DNA from: Schmidtea nova
Lineage: Eukaryota
Reading direction: 5' to 3'
Length of the DNA: 64,000 nt
Assembly: GCA_044892505.1 (NCBI GenBank)
Contig: CM097884.1
Span: 106,702,001 to 106,766,000 of the forward strand
This document shows, one piece after another, positions 13,658-26,885 of this stretch. A program made the translations under genes and the position numbers. The notes under the pieces were generated by a model that worked only from the letters and a program-made list of their open reading frames with translations, was not told the origin of the DNA and ran no database searches. Within the stretch, counting starts at the first letter, position 1. Every line of letters begins with the position of its first letter.

Positions 13658-14400
13658 GGTTGTCACATGTTGAGAGGCTCAAATTAGGACAAATCAATAA
13701 CCAAAAAAATGATGAATAAAAAACAATTCAGTATATTTATAAATTAAAGTTTTTTTACACATAGCAGTTTTTATTTATTATGTCTAAACTTATATTTTTG
13801 ATCATTCTTTGCACATTTTAATAATTCAATGTCATTTTGTATTGTTTCAAAAAATTGTGCGCAACTGCTTAAAATATATGTTAAGATTTTAAATACATTT
13901 TCGTTATCAGATGTTGTATTTTTAAAAATAATGTTCCATTTATCGGTGGTAGTACATTCTGTTTGCCAATCTGGCGATTTAGTAATGATATTCTAAATAA
14001 TATTTTAAATAATTTCAATTCTTTATTTAATACTTAATGTTAAAACATTAAACATTGATTTATACTTACCTATTCAGTGAATAAATTTTGTTTAAACTTT
14101 ATTAAACTTATTTTAACAAATCTTTATTAAAACTGATTTTATAAAGATAAATAAAATCAAATACATACAAACATGTTTAAAAAATTTTCAGAATTTTTTT
14201 TAATATTTTAATCTAGATGCCTTTGATTTGAATTTTAACGAGAAAAAGATTTTTCTCGTTAAAATTTTATTTTTGCTAAATATCAAGGGAAAACGGTTCA
14301 AAGTTGGGTAAATAGTTCAAAGTAGGACAATTTCCCTTTCATGTAGTACGTAGGACAAATATCCAAATTGTAGGACAGTCCTACCATAAATACAATATGA
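13655..14400. mobile_element. Degraded hAT-like non-autonomous element
   Basis: TAGGGTTGTCA left end and clustered subterminal TAGGACA motifs near both ends. The right TIR is not recognisable. Confidence 0.35.
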
Positions 14401-15999
14401 CATTGCAGTAGGTAGAAGTGTGAAACTGGGAACAAAGACATATGACTCATAACAATAAACATGACTTGTCGCTATGATCCATCTCAACGTCAATTTTGAA
14501 GTTTTAAAGGTCAAACCTTAAAATGAAGATATCATTCGAAAGGTAATTGATAGGTGCATGAAATGGTCATACCCTCGAAGGTTTATGGTCGGTCAAAAAC
14601 CTTCAAAGGGTCTCTAAACTTAAATGTTTTTCAAACATTACAAGTTATAGGTTATTCGAAATGTCTTTTGATGGTGTTCGAAAGGTTCAAAATTTTTAAG
14701 ACCTTATAATATATACATCATTCAAAATGTAATTGAATGACAATATTATGATATTATTCTATTATATAGTATTATGTTGTAATTATGTGTGTGCAAAGGA
14801 AACTGATGAGCCCAGCCGAGTCACCAGTAAAAGTGTATCGGGACAGCTGTGGGTGTTTGTTGTGTTTTATTTGTGTGTGCGTGTGCTTGTGTATGTTTTA
14901 TAGCATTTACTAATAACAAATAGAAAGATTTGTACAAAAACTTTTATTCAAAACAATTGTTAATAAAACACAAATGAACATAAAATTCTTTTTTAACTTC
15001 TTTAATTTCAGATAGTTTTCGGTTGTTTATCCTGTTAATTATTCAATCTTTTTCTATAGTTATTTTTATTATCCATGTCAGCGAGTTCACCCATGACAAA
15101 AAAATAACAACAAAATTAACTAAAAAAAATAACAATCAAAAATAATAATAACAATATTTAGTAATTACAGACAAGTATGATGGACATACCTGCAAATTAT
15201 TTTCCTACCCCCACTTTGTGTAACCATGTACAATTAAAACAAAGACATTCAAGTTCATAATAATAATCATAAGAAATAGCCAAGATAATAATAAAAAAGT
15301 CGGATCACAATAATAATTTCAATTGTTTTCGCAATTTTTATAGAATCAACAATTTTGGCCATGGAGAGGGCCTTTGCTTCTTTCTTAAATCTTTTCTGTT
15401 TTTCAATATTTTTTTTGTTTTTCTATCTCTTTTTGAATGTGTTTTCCTTTCTGGTTGACTCTGTTTGCATCATATAAAATTTTCTTATATCTGTTTTCAT
15501 CATCTAAATTTTTAAAAAAATAACTTTCACAATCAATAATTGTGAACCTGAAGATGGCCGTTGATTCATTCTCAATTTTCTTTTACTCTCTTTTTTATTT
15601 TAGGTTTCTCTCTTATTTTCATTGCAGGAAATAGTCATGCTGCTGAGGCTCGTAGAAATAATACGGATCATCATGGTGATTCTGATTCGGTAATTCGCCA
15701 TCATCCTGTTGTTCTCCTGGATCATCTACAATGGTGTCATTCTATAATGGCCATATGCCAAGGTTTTATTTTTGGACACCCAATTTCTCTTATCTTATTA
15801 ATTTTATGCTGAATAACTGATGGTTTTTTGAGGTCATCCTAAACTGGAGGACTGTATAGATCTTATTGTTTAAATAGAAATCTAGATATGACTGATGTGT
15901 GAGTCCAGTATCTTTCATGCTAATCCCCTTAGCCTTTATGATTGCTTCATCCCCCATCAAACTATAACATTTAGGCCTTAAGAACTCAGTAGTAGGATG

Positions 16000-16810
16000 T
16001 GGTCCATCAGATGTAGGTCAAGACCCCTCCTAGAAATATTTTTATGTAGGTCAATTTAAGGACACTTTAAGGTCAAGTTTTTTGTTTAAGGACACTTTAA
16101 GGTCAAAAAAGTAGGTCAATGACGGTTTAAGGTCATTTTAAGATGAATTTAATGTCAAATTTATGTTTTAAGGACACTTTGAGGACAATAAAGTATGTCA
16201 AGATCGTTTTAAGGACAATAAAGTATGTCAATGTCGTTTTTAGGACACTATACGGTCAAAAAGTTGGTCGATTTCAGGTTACTATGAGGACAGAATAATT
16301 AGGTCAAATATTTTAAAGGTGAATTTAAGGTTAAAATAAGTAGGTAAAATATAATTTTCAAAATTTCTCTGTCAGAATTAAGTTGGTCGATTTCAGGTCA
16401 CGATGAGAACAAATTAAGTAGGTCAATAATAATTTTTTCAATTTTTCTGTCAGAATTAAGTAGGTCAAATATAATTTTCGAAATTATTCTAAGTTATAAT
16501 AAATTTAAAAAATTTTCTGTCAGAATTAAGAAGGTCGATTTCAGGTAACGATGAGGACAAATTAAGTAGGTCAATAATAATTTTTTTAATTTTTTTATGT
16601 CAAAATTAAGTAGGTCAATAATAATAATTTTCGAATATTTCTAAGTCAGAATTAAGTAGGTTAATAATAATTTTCAAAATTGTTCTAAGTCAGAATTAAG
16701 GATACTTTAAGGTCAACAAAGTAGGTCAAATATAATTTTTCTATGTCAGAAATAAGTAGGTCAAATATAAAAAACTTGAAACTTTTTCAAAGTCAGTATT
16801 AAGTAACTCA
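16000..16810. repeat. Complex minisatellite built from TAAGTAGGTCAA / TTAAGGTCAA / TTAAGGACAC units
   Basis: Many degenerate tandem units visible directly. Confidence 0.85.
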
Positions 16811-16939
16811 AATATATTCAAAGTCTGAATTAACTATTAAGTGACACAACACTTTGTGACTCATATGGCATTGTAAGTGCAAGTTTTATAAAGCCAATTC
16901 AATCAAGCTGCAAGATTGACAAAGGTAAGTAAAGAATAT

Positions 16940-17520
16940 TTTGATCTGGTAAAATGTTCTGCCATAAAAAAATTAAAAAATAAATATAATTTGAATATTT
17001 AAAGTTTAATTAAATTCAAAATAGCATCAAACAAATTATTCTTGTTGTTCCATTTCCAAATAAATTCAGATAAAAACTCTTCCCTATTAGCCGTAGTAAC
17101 ACCTATTCTTTTTTAATTTCACACTTTAATAGATTGTTCAAAGACTCTACATGCTGAGTGTGAACACCAGTTTCTTTTTCAACATTTTGTTGAACTTCCT
17201 AAAAGTTGGTTTTGAAATATCAATTGAAGATAATATTGAACGTTGTGATTGTTTGGCACTGATCCTTATCGCTAATTTTTTACCAGATCCATATTTTGGA
17301 TCTAGTAAAAAAGCTGCTATATTGTGATCTGGTAAAATTTTCTGCCATATAAAAATTTTAAAAATAAATATAATTTGAAGAGTTTAATTAAATTCAAAAT
17401 AAAGAAATAATATATTTAAGCTACTGAATTAATATATGTATTTTAAATAATTAATTATCAATAATTATAAAAAACTGGTAAAAAACTGCCATATGGCAGC
17501 TTTTTTTACCAGATCCAAAT
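16940..17520. repeat. Direct and inverted GATCTGGTAAAA..CTGCCATA repeats, transposon subterminal-like
   Basis: ~80-bp direct repeat (16943 and 17326) plus inverted TTTTACCAGATCCA copies (17278, 17504). Confidence 0.55.
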
Positions 17521-17828
17521 ATTTAGTATTCGAAACTTCTAAAAGAAATGTCTTGAAATTTTATATATATAAAATTTGTTATTATAAATAAATTCGCATA
17601 TGATTGAATCTAATTTCTGTAAAAATAAAAATTTTTTTTTGTAATAATATATTATGTAAAAATTTAGATTAAATTATTAGAATATAAAAATTATAAATCG
17701 GAAATTTTATTATTATTATATTAGAATATAAAAGATTATAAATCAAAATTTTTATTATTATGTACATTTTATAGAAAATCAAGTTTAGTTTTTTGAAGAA
17801 AATTATAATTATTATTTTATTTATTAAA

Positions 17829-17890
<62 letters not shown>

Positions 17891-18593
17891 AAATATCTCT
17901 CACGATATCACGAAATACTTATGAATACATCCATACCTTTTATTAACACCATCCATATCCATTACAATACACAAAAATTTATTCATCTACAATACACACA
18001 TACCACATCGTTTCACTCATTAACATCCATCAGCATGATACATCCAGAAAATTACATACAAATCCACTCATTCACATCTCTCATCACATTACCCATTTCA
18101 TCCATCAACATCTCCAGCATTCAAATTACTACACTGAGAATTACCCATTTAATTTATAGAAATACATACAAACTACCTATTTGTGGCATATCACATCCTA
18201 TGGTATTGGTTTTCTCTATTTGCACCTATTAACATCATAAACAGTAACTAACTTACGAAATATCACACATTATAGTATTAACCCCCTTCAATAACTTAAA
18301 AACTTACTACACTCTACAGTATGAATTATCTAACTTGTACTATTAACCCTACAATAACAATTAACTCACTGGTGACGATACCCTATAACAATAATATTTT
18401 TCCTCCTTGCAGAAATTTATATAACTACAATAAATTAAGTACGTGGGAAAACCAACGGTTTAGTAAATGAAATCACCCAGATACTGTCTTTTCATTTGAA
18501 AAGCACGTAGATTTTTATAGGATTTCTTTTGGAAACTAGAATCTAAATAAAATTTACTCAAAACAAAAAGGCAATCATTAGGAAAGTGTAAAT

Positions 18594-19062
18594 CAGTGAT
18601 TCCCAACCTATTTTGGCTTAGGGCCACTTTTGTTTAGTTGGAGGGCACGAAGGGCCAAAAGGTTAAAATAACTAAAAATTACGAAGATAAAATCTCTATG
18701 ATGAGTCTATAGTATAGACTTTAGATTTTACTATTATAGATTTTACTATTATATGCCCATCTAGCTACTGAAATATATTAATTTGGTAAATGCAAACGAC
18801 CCCTCTCTCTTGTAAGGCTGAACGCGCCCTCTCTCCTGCTTTGCCGTGGAAATAGTAAGAGAGGGGAGCACGTTTGTCCGACGTCAATGGTTTATTTAAC
18901 TATACTGATATATCATAGTTTTAAACTAAATTTAGGGCAAACGTTTTCAATGGAAGGTGTAATTGTGATATATTTTTAGTGTTCTTTGTTGAGAAGCCGA
19001 GGCCACTTTTTTATGTCCGGCGGGCCACTTCTGGCCCGCGGGCCACAGGTTGGGAACCACTG
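18594..19062. mobile_element. hAT (Charlie-type) MITE
   Basis: 16-bp TIR CAGTG(A/G)TTCCCAACCT, perfect 8-bp TSD GTGTAAAT, subterminal GGCCAC motifs. Confidence 0.92.
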
Positions 19063-20438
19063 GTGTAAATAAATAAACTAAAACGATTTATATTATAGCA
19101 TTTAAATTTCTCAGTAGACCCACTATCAACAAGAGGTTTTGTCTTCACAATAAATTTTCTCTGACTAGAATCATCATTGAAAGTTGGATGATGTGCTCAC
19201 ACAAATTCATTAAATTCCAATGGACGAGAACAGCAAATATAGCGGGGGGATTGAGTTGAGTTGGTGTCAGAAGCTCGAGTGAGATGTTTTTCTGAGGTGT
19301 AATCGAGTTATGCTCAGGTGTTGAGCAAGATTTTGAACTGACGGTTATTTTATAGTACTCATGATTGATTGCTATCGTGATTTTCGAGGAAAATTGTTTG
19401 GCTGGCAAGGTTGAAAGATTTGAGTATCGAAATTCTACCAGTAAAGGGAGTTCTAATTCTAAAATTCGTCGATATGATAATAAATTAAAGATTATAATAA
19501 TAAATGTTACCGAAGTTTCATACTGAAAACATATTGAATTGAATTTTGCGCCTGGATATAAACAAATAAATCAATAAATTTCTATTGAAAATGCATTTCA
19601 TAATAGAAAATTTAGCAATAGAAAAATCCAATTTCTGAAAATCGTTTATATAGATTCTTTATTTTTGAAATATACCGCTTCAGGTGGTAAGGAAACGGGG
19701 GGAAATTTCATCCCATAGTATAAAATTAAAAACTTAACATCCTCGTAGTTTTCATATATGGAAACCCTAAGGTCTAACAAATCCAAGTTTTCTTTTGATA
19801 TTAATTATAACCGTTGCCTGTTGTCAAGGCCTCTGCGATAATTTGAAATATAATTTTTGTTTTTGGTTAATTTAATTTTAACATAGATTTAACGAGATTA
19901 CCCGTATTAATTCGACGTAAAATGGACCTAAATAAATTTTTTCTGGATTTAACCCTATATTAAATTAAAATTAAAATAATGATATAAATAAATACAGACT
20001 TGAGTCAAAACATCAGGTTTGAGTATTGTTGGGCAAAAACTGAGATTTGTTTAAATAGCGCGGTATTATAATAGGTAGAAAGCGCGCGAGGAAGTAGACT
20101 TGAAATTTATAATATGTAGAGTGCGCGCAAGAAGTAGATTTAAAATTTTACGAACCTAAAACACCAAGTAAAGCTTAGTAGCAACAGAACACATTAAATA
20201 GTCAATCAAAACACGTCGAAAAATTGAAACAAACAAAAGTGCATTGAGTTTATACGTGAAAAACACATGTATAGCGTGAGAACATCAATTGTGTAATAGA
20301 ATAGCACACTGGGAAAAATAACCAAATTTTCAAATTTTAGCGTAAAAATTTGAATAATATGAAAGAAAATTGTTTTAGGCAGAAATTATGATAAATTAAT
20401 TAAATTGGGGAAAACTTTGATTTAAAAATGAAATATTA

Positions 20439-21556
20439 CTGTAAAATCCCGAGTATAAGCTGCAGCTAATACGTACATTAAGGCAACATTTCTGAATTGC
20501 AGCTAATATGATGTGCAGCTTATACAACTAAAAAACAATTCAAATCGAAGATAAGATTATTTATTTCAATTTTCAACATCACACTCCTCAAAACCATCAC
20601 ACTTTTCATTGTCAATAAAAGTGAAATTTTCTAGTAATTCTACAATGTTGGGATCAGACTCGTTCACATTCATTTCATTTTCTTCAATTTCAAGAACATC
20701 GTCGTCTTCACCGAATGCAACACAAAAACCATTCAAAATGGTGGAAATGTTAACATCTTCCCAAGAGGAAACAATCCATTCAAAAATAGTATTCCAGTCA
20801 GCTGCTTTCATATTTCCGGACTTAGTATGTTTGATGTTTTCATAATCTTTAATGATCCAATCCTCCCACTTCATGCGCAATTTTGACTTGAACGAACGGT
20901 TAACAGTAAGATCTAATGGCTGCACCTTTGATGTCAATCCGGCAGGTATGAAAGCTACTTTGGATTCCTTCTTAATTTTATCAAGTGTAGTACTGACAAG
21001 ATGTGAGCGATGCATATCAAATAAAAGCAATGATGGTACTTTTGGATCCTGGTTCCATGGTGTCTTTGGAGGCAATGTAATTCGACTCTTCCATACTTTC
21101 TTGAGCCATATCTCAAGAGTTTCATGATTCATCCAACCAGATCCATTAGCTGCAATAACAAGCTTTGATTCAGGAATGCAAGTCTTTGGATGTTTCTTTG
21201 TGCCCAAAATAACAAAAGGCGGAAGTTTAGTACCATCTTTGAGAACACATAGATTGACGGTAAATCGTTTTTTCTCATGTCCTGTAGTTTTAATTCGGAC
21301 CTCCTTGGCACCTTTAGTCTCAATTGTGTACCCTAAAGGCATGTCACATTGAACGGACACTTCATCAAAATTATTGTTTTTTAATGATATTTGATATTTG
21401 TTTTTTAATGATAGGTTGCTGATTTTAAAATCAGGTGTTTTCAACGCAAATGGTGCAGCTAATACGTGCTGCGGTTTATACGACTAAAAAATACATTTTT
21501 ATAAAAATGTCATCTGCAGCTAATACGCGCTGCAGCTTATACTCGGGATTTTACAG
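20439..21556 (-). mobile_element. pogo/Tigger-type DNA transposon, internally deleted
   Basis: Perfect 28-bp TIR CTGTAAAATCCCGAGTATAAGCTGCAGC, TA TSD, repeated subterminal TGCAGCTAATAC motifs. Confidence 0.93.
20566..21444 (-). pseudogene. pogo DDE transposase lacking the N-terminal CENP-B/HTH domain
   Basis: NFDE, KTTGHEKKRFTV, DGTKLPP, LLLFDMHRSH, IPAGLTSKVQPLDLTVNRSFK. No native start or HTH present. Confidence 0.85.
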
Positions 21557-23721
21557 TAGTTGCTTTTCCTTGTCTATGCCATAAGAAACATTTAAAAACT
21601 AATTATTGCAAAAACAATAATTCAATTTTGCATAAAATTATTGAAATTAATTTTCAAGAATCGAAAAAATCCTTCTAGAACAATTTGCTTTAATATATCA
21701 ACGAAAGTAGCAATTCGAACAACTATATATACCTACATCAAAATGGATTATTTCAGAATTTTTGCTACTGCCATTTTAGAATTTCATTATAAGGCGGCCC
21801 CTTACAAATTTTTCAGAACGACAGAGAAAAGCGAAACTCTACCAGAATATCACTAGAATTTCTCCTCAAGAATTTTCAAAAAATAAATTTTCGAAATTAG
21901 ATATTATAGAAGTATTTAACTGCCAACCGGGAGAGCCGTGCAAGAAATCCACTGATATTCCGCATACAGTTTCGTATCCGAATTTGAGTCTCTCGTTAGA
22001 AGAAAGATTCCGAAGGGAAATTGCCATATCCAAGCTTCACAACAGGCGAAACCCCCGAAATTTTAAGGAAAACTCGGATGACTGATCGTAAATCAAATTA
22101 CTAGTAAATTAGGAATTTTACTTTTAATTGTTATAATCGATATATACTTTTTTTTGGTTGTTGGTCATGCCCCACAACCCCTGTATTATTTGATTCTGGG
22201 TTATAATTATTTAATTCTGGGTTATTATGATTTCTATAGGTCTTTTTATTATTTATGCCATGTGAAAATGTTAAATTTAATTTTGGAAATTAAATATTCG
22301 ATATCTTATGCTAGTTTATTTCTTTTTATCTCGATTATTTGAAAATTTTAGGAAATCAAAATTTATGATGGTTAGGAAAACCTGCACATTTCGCCCTCAA
22401 TACAATTACATTACACCCAATTTATTCTAATTAATAATATAATTCATTTTCATATATAATATTTCTTTTTAATTAATGCATTTTCCATACGTCTGATGGT
22501 GGTCCACCTAGTCGTTGTACCGCCATTAGTCGCTTTGGTGAATCATTAGTTCGCTGGAGTCCTTTCAGCGTTCTGATCCATTTTTTCATCGAAGTGAGCG
22601 CATACACCCAATCTCGCTTTATCTCATACTTGGCTATATGAGGAGTAGTGGTTTGGCCAAGCGCAAGGTTTTGTTCAAAGTAAAGTTATTTATATTATAA
22701 TACCGTAACTATTTTTATTAATATATGAAAATGTGGAAATGCTAAAAGATTCTAGAAAACACGCGATTCTCGTCATTTTGCCTTCGCTCTCATAAATGTT
22801 TTTTCGTCTCGCTCACAAATGAATTCGCAGATCATCTGAAAATCACAATTGAAAATTCGTATTATTAACCGTTATAAAAGAAAAGAATTGTTCAGATATA
22901 CTAGATGATATGAAGAAAAGTAAATTTTTCAGTCGAACTTCAGTCTATCTGAAAGCATATTAGAAGTAAACATTTATTTTATTCGTAAACCTAATTTCGG
23001 GTATTCGAAGCTTTCAAGCGAAGTGCACCAAAAATTTCGAGTGTAATTTGCTTGAAGAATTTGCATACGAACGAAATTTAGTTGGTAAAGATCCTATTTT
23101 CAAAATATTATTACCCAAAAAGTATTGGAATTGGATTAAATTACGATGAAAGAAAAATTTGGTTATTTGGAAATTTCAATATTTTATAAATTTTATTGAA
23201 TTATTTTATTTTAGCATTTTATTATAAATTTTATTGTTTCATAAATTTTATGGATTTATTCTCATTTCAGGATTTTATTAAAAATTTTATATCATAAATT
23301 TATTATTAAAGAGATTTTTGTATTATGGAATCTAGAAATTAAAATGAAAAAATCGAAATGAAAAATATTAACTATCATATAAAATTTTCTAAAAACCGAA
23401 AAATTAATTTTATACTAAATTATAAAAAGTTTATGAAAATTTGAATTATTTTTTTAGAATTTTATTATCAATTTTATGTACCAAAGTTATCATCAAAGAT
23501 TTGCATTATAATTTATGATCTAAAGTGTAGAAAGACGAAATTAGATTTATTAAATATTGGGTGAATTTTCCTAAAAATCCAAAATTGATGTAGTTAAATC
23601 AAACTCGGTTTTAAAAGACTGAACTTCCTTCATAGATTTATTTAATTAAAATTTTATAAAAAGTGCCAAAATACTCAATTATTAAAACACCAGTTAATTT
23701 AAATATCCAACTCTCCCCTTC

Positions 23722-24897
23722 TTAAGAACTTTTCCACTTCTTCAGCCACTCGATTCTTCTTTCTTTCGTTCCTTCTTGCGAATGTAGTTCGACTCGATGA
23801 GGTGATAGAAATCTGATGATTTTATATGGGCCATCGTACTGCATACCATCCTTGTGTCTGTTCTGCGGTTCTTTGCGTACGAGTACCTCCTCCCCCACCT
23901 CAAAAACACGAGTTCCTCTCTTTGTCTTATCCATAGCTCTCATAGTGTCTGCGGCTTTACTCGAGTTATATCTTGCGTCTTCTATCCATTCGCTTCTTGA
24001 TATCTCTGCTTGTTTCAAGTTTGAATGTAGGTTAACACTCCGTCCATAAATTATCTCAAATGGTGATAAGCCTGTAGCACTCTGTCGACTGCTATTTATA
24101 CTGAACTCTATTCTAGGTAGAAGTTCATGCCAGTTTCTCTCTTCACACCCACCTGCCAATGTCGCTGTAATAAGATCTCTTACTGTTCGTATGGCTCGTT
24201 CGGCTAATCCATTTGATTGGTGCTGGTAAGGTGAGCTGAATTCCTGTTTGATTCCAAGTTTCTGTAGTCTCTGTCTTAGAAAATTCCCTTCGAAATTGCG
24301 TCCTCTATCTGTTAAAATGCTCTTTGGTTTTCCAAATCGATAGATCCAACTGTTAAGTATAGTTTTGAAAATTGTCCCTTCGTCTTGCTTCGTGATTGCG
24401 GTCACAGAAATCAATTTACTAAACCGGTCCACAATTACTAACATATATTTTTTAATGGTGTTTTTTTCCATGTAGGCCACATCCATTACAATCTGTTCTA
24501 GGAATTCAGAACTACATCTAGGGATAAATATTTCCTTGGTTCTTGTCTGGTCGATCTTTCTCGTAGAGCAGATATCGCAACATTGTAAACAGAGCTGAAT
24601 TGTTTCTTGCATCTTCGGCCAGTAAAATATCTTTTCCATATAATGGAATAATTTCTTAACTCCAATATGACATAATTCTTCATGTAGAGTTGTTGTTAAT
24701 AAGCCTGCAAAGGTTTCTGGAACTAACATTAAAATATTTTCGTTCTTTTCGACTGTTATTAATCCTCCATCAATTCTTGTATTTTTTACGTTAAATGGGA
24801 AACAATTCTTTTTGTCCCGTGCGCATCCATTTTCTAATATCTCTCGTAACTCTTGAAACCTAATGTCCTTCTGCTGTTGCTCCAATACTTTTTCCAT
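23722..24897 (-). CDS. Gypsy integrase (C-terminal part of pol, frameshifted from RT-RH)
   Basis: HEELCH...CDIC zinc finger, VMD / LTDRG / NGLAER DDE triad, GPY motif. Confidence 0.9.
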   Translation of the reverse strand: MEKVLEQQQKDIRFQELREILENGCARDKKNCFPFNVKNTRIDGGLITVEKNENILMLVPETFAGLLTTTLHEELCHIGVKKLFHYMEKIFYWPKMQETIQLCLQCCDICSTRKIDQTRTKEIFIPRCSSEFLEQIVMDVAYMEKNTIKKYMLVIVDRFSKLISVTAITKQDEGTIFKTILNSWIYRFGKPKSILTDRGRNFEGNFLRQRLQKLGIKQEFSSPYQHQSNGLAERAIRTVRDLITATLAGGCEERNWHELLPRIEFSINSSRQSATGLSPFEIIYGRSVNLHSNLKQAEISRSEWIEDARYNSSKAADTMRAMDKTKRGTRVFEVGEEVLVRKEPQNRHKDGMQYDGPYKIIRFLSPHRVELHSQEGTKERRIEWLKKWKSS

Positions 24898-26885
24898 AGC
24901 TTCTGTTCTTTGGATAGTATATATATATATCGGATTTTTGACTTTCCTTCCTTGGCATCTTCATGTCGTGTTTGACACTGGGAACAAATCATACTTTTTA
25001 ATCTTGATAGCCCATCTGCATTCGAATGTTGTTCACCTTTCCGATATTTTAGTTCAAAATCATATTCAGACAAGTTTGCTAACCATGTTTGAAACTGCGG
25101 ACTGATTGGTGTTTTTGTAGTGTTCATGAAAACCAATGCTTTGTGGTCGGTGCGAATTATGAATTTCTTTCCGTAAAGATATTCTCTAAAATGTATGACG
25201 TACTCATGTACAGCGAGCAGTTCTTTCCTGGTTACACAGTAACCCTTTTCATGTGATGTCATATGTCTCGAACCATATGCTATAACAGATTCTTCTCCAT
25301 CTTCTTTAATTTGGCTCAAAACTGCACCAATTGCTCCAAAGCTAGCGTCTGTGTCTAAGATAAATGTCCTATCTTCTCTTGGATAATCAAGGATAGGTGC
25401 CTCGCACAACCGTTCCTTTAGTGTTTGGAAACTCTCATTGCATTCTTTAGTCCAAATTATATCTTTATCGCATCCAGATGTTGCGGCATATAGTGGTTCT
25501 GCGATTCTGGCGTAGTCTTTAATAAATCTTCGATAATAGTTCGTTAATCCGAGAAACGATCTTAATTGCTTTGAACATTTTGGTATTTCTGCTTTCTCGA
25601 TCTCTTCAACTTTCTTTCTGTTTGTCTGGATACCCTTCTCGTTAACTGTGTGCCCAAGGAAACACAATTCTGTTTTATTGAATTCACATTTTTCTGGATT
25701 TATCTTCAATCCTGCCATTTGAATTCTTCTAAATATTTCCCCTAGTAGCTCATCGTGGTCTTTTTGACTTTTCCCATAAATCAAAATATCATCTAAATAA
25801 ACAACTACCCCTTTGAATAGCATTCCTTCTAGTACTTTGTGCATCAGTCTCTGGAATGTCGCAGGAGCTGTTGCTAGGCCAAACGGTAGTCTGTTAAAGC
25901 AAAATTGTCCTTCTCTTGTACTGAATGCAGTCATTTCTTGAATTTCTGGGGCCAACTCTACTTGATAGTACGCCTGGCCTAAATCAATTGACGAAAATAT
26001 TTTTGCATTCGCTAGACAGTCTAATAAGAATTTGGTATTAGGCATCGGAAATGATTCCTTTTCTGTTATGGCATTCAATCCACGATAGTCTACACACATC
26101 CTGATGGATCCATCTTCCTTCCCTACTATAACTAACGGGGCATTCCAAGGACTCTTGCAACACCGAATAACATTTGCTTTTATTAATTCTTTTATCAGTT
26201 CTTCAATCTTTTTCTCCATGTGCATTGGTTGACGTCGAGGATGTTGCATTATTGGGCCTCCTGTTATCCGCATCTCATGTCGAACTAAATTTGTAAATCC
26301 CAAATCAAATTTCGACGCCATAAATATTCCGCCGTATTTCCTGATCATTCCTTCAATGTCTTTATTATTTTCACTTGCCATCGCCATTAGTGCTTTATTT
26401 ATTCTTTCTTCATCAGTGTGGATTTTGTTTATGTATGAAGTTTCTATATTATTGATCTTCACTAACTTTACTCCAAACTCTTTCATTGTATCAATACCCC
26501 CTATGAATTCTGGCTTGATCTCTTTTACAACCACTACTGTGATAATTTTGGTCTTCTGATTCCATGTGGCTGATATATTCATATATTCCATTGCCTCTTC
26601 ACCTCCAGTTGAAAATACGCCGCATAATAATATAGTACTACGTTGAAGGTCTGGTTTGCCTATTCTCTCCCACAGATTCTTGCTCATGACTGTTACTGAC
26701 GCTCCAGAGTCCCATAACATATCTACTTCTGTATTATTCAACATTATTTTACTCCAACTTCTTCCATCCTTCGTCTGATACATCTCTTCTTCTGCCTCGT
26801 CTCTTCTTCGTTCATTTCTTCTTTCATAATTTATTGCCTTGACTCCACCGACGAAATGAAACCCATGGAGTCGCTGATGTTTTTT
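24834..26885 (-). CDS. Gypsy pol: protease, reverse transcriptase, RNase H
   Basis: LWDSGA, SPWNAP, CVDYR, LPFGL, YLDD, DTDAS, TDHKAL. The frame stays open upstream to the slippery site at ~26880. Confidence 0.93.
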   Translation of the reverse strand, partial: KKHQRLHGFHFVGGVKAINYERRNERRRDEAEEEMYQTKDGRSWSKIMLNNTEVDMLWDSGASVTVMSKNLWERIGKPDLQRSTILLCGVFSTGGEEAMEYMNISATWNQKTKIITVVVVKEIKPEFIGGIDTMKEFGVKLVKINNIETSYINKIHTDEERINKALMAMASENNKDIEGMIRKYGGIFMASKFDLGFTNLVRHEMRITGGPIMQHPRRQPMHMEKKIEELIKELIKANVIRCCKSPWNAPLVIVGKEDGSIRMCVDYRGLNAITEKESFPMPNTKFLLDCLANAKIFSSIDLGQAYYQVELAPEIQEMTAFSTREGQFCFNRLPFGLATAPATFQRLMHKVLEGMLFKGVVVYLDDILIYGKSQKDHDELLGEIFRRIQMAGLKINPEKCEFNKTELCFLGHTVNEKGIQTNRKKVEEIEKAEIPKCSKQLRSFLGLTNYYRRFIKDYARIAEPLYAATSGCDKDIIWTKECNESFQTLKERLCEAPILDYPREDRTFILDTDASFGAIGAVLSQIKEDGEESVIAYGSRHMTSHEKGYCVTRKELLAVHEYVIHFREYLYGKKFIIRTDHKALVFMNTTKTPISPQFQTWLANLSEYDFELKYRKGEQHSNADGLSRLKSMICSQCQTRHEDAKEGKSKIRYIYILSKEQKLWKKYWSNSRRTLGFKSYERY

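Larger units (their letters stand above)
19690..22900 (+). repeat. Long dispersed non-coding repeat (family C), interrupted by the pogo element
   Basis: Collinear similarity to 60630-62400 (CGTGAAAAACACAT, TTCAATTTTGC.TAAAATTAT, TTCCATAC..TCTGA, TTGGCCAAG.GCAAGG). Confidence 0.6.

Noticed and set aside
14795-14850. CTGATGAG motif (also at 34133 and 61955) as possible hammerheads
   Set aside because: No stem II followed by GAAA and no stem I.
16000-16810. CRISPR-like array
   Set aside because: Degenerate tandem units without unique spacers, eukaryotic context and no cas genes.
17921-18232. 103-aa H/T/I-rich ORF
   Set aside because: Translation of an AC-rich repeat also present at ~28350-28800.
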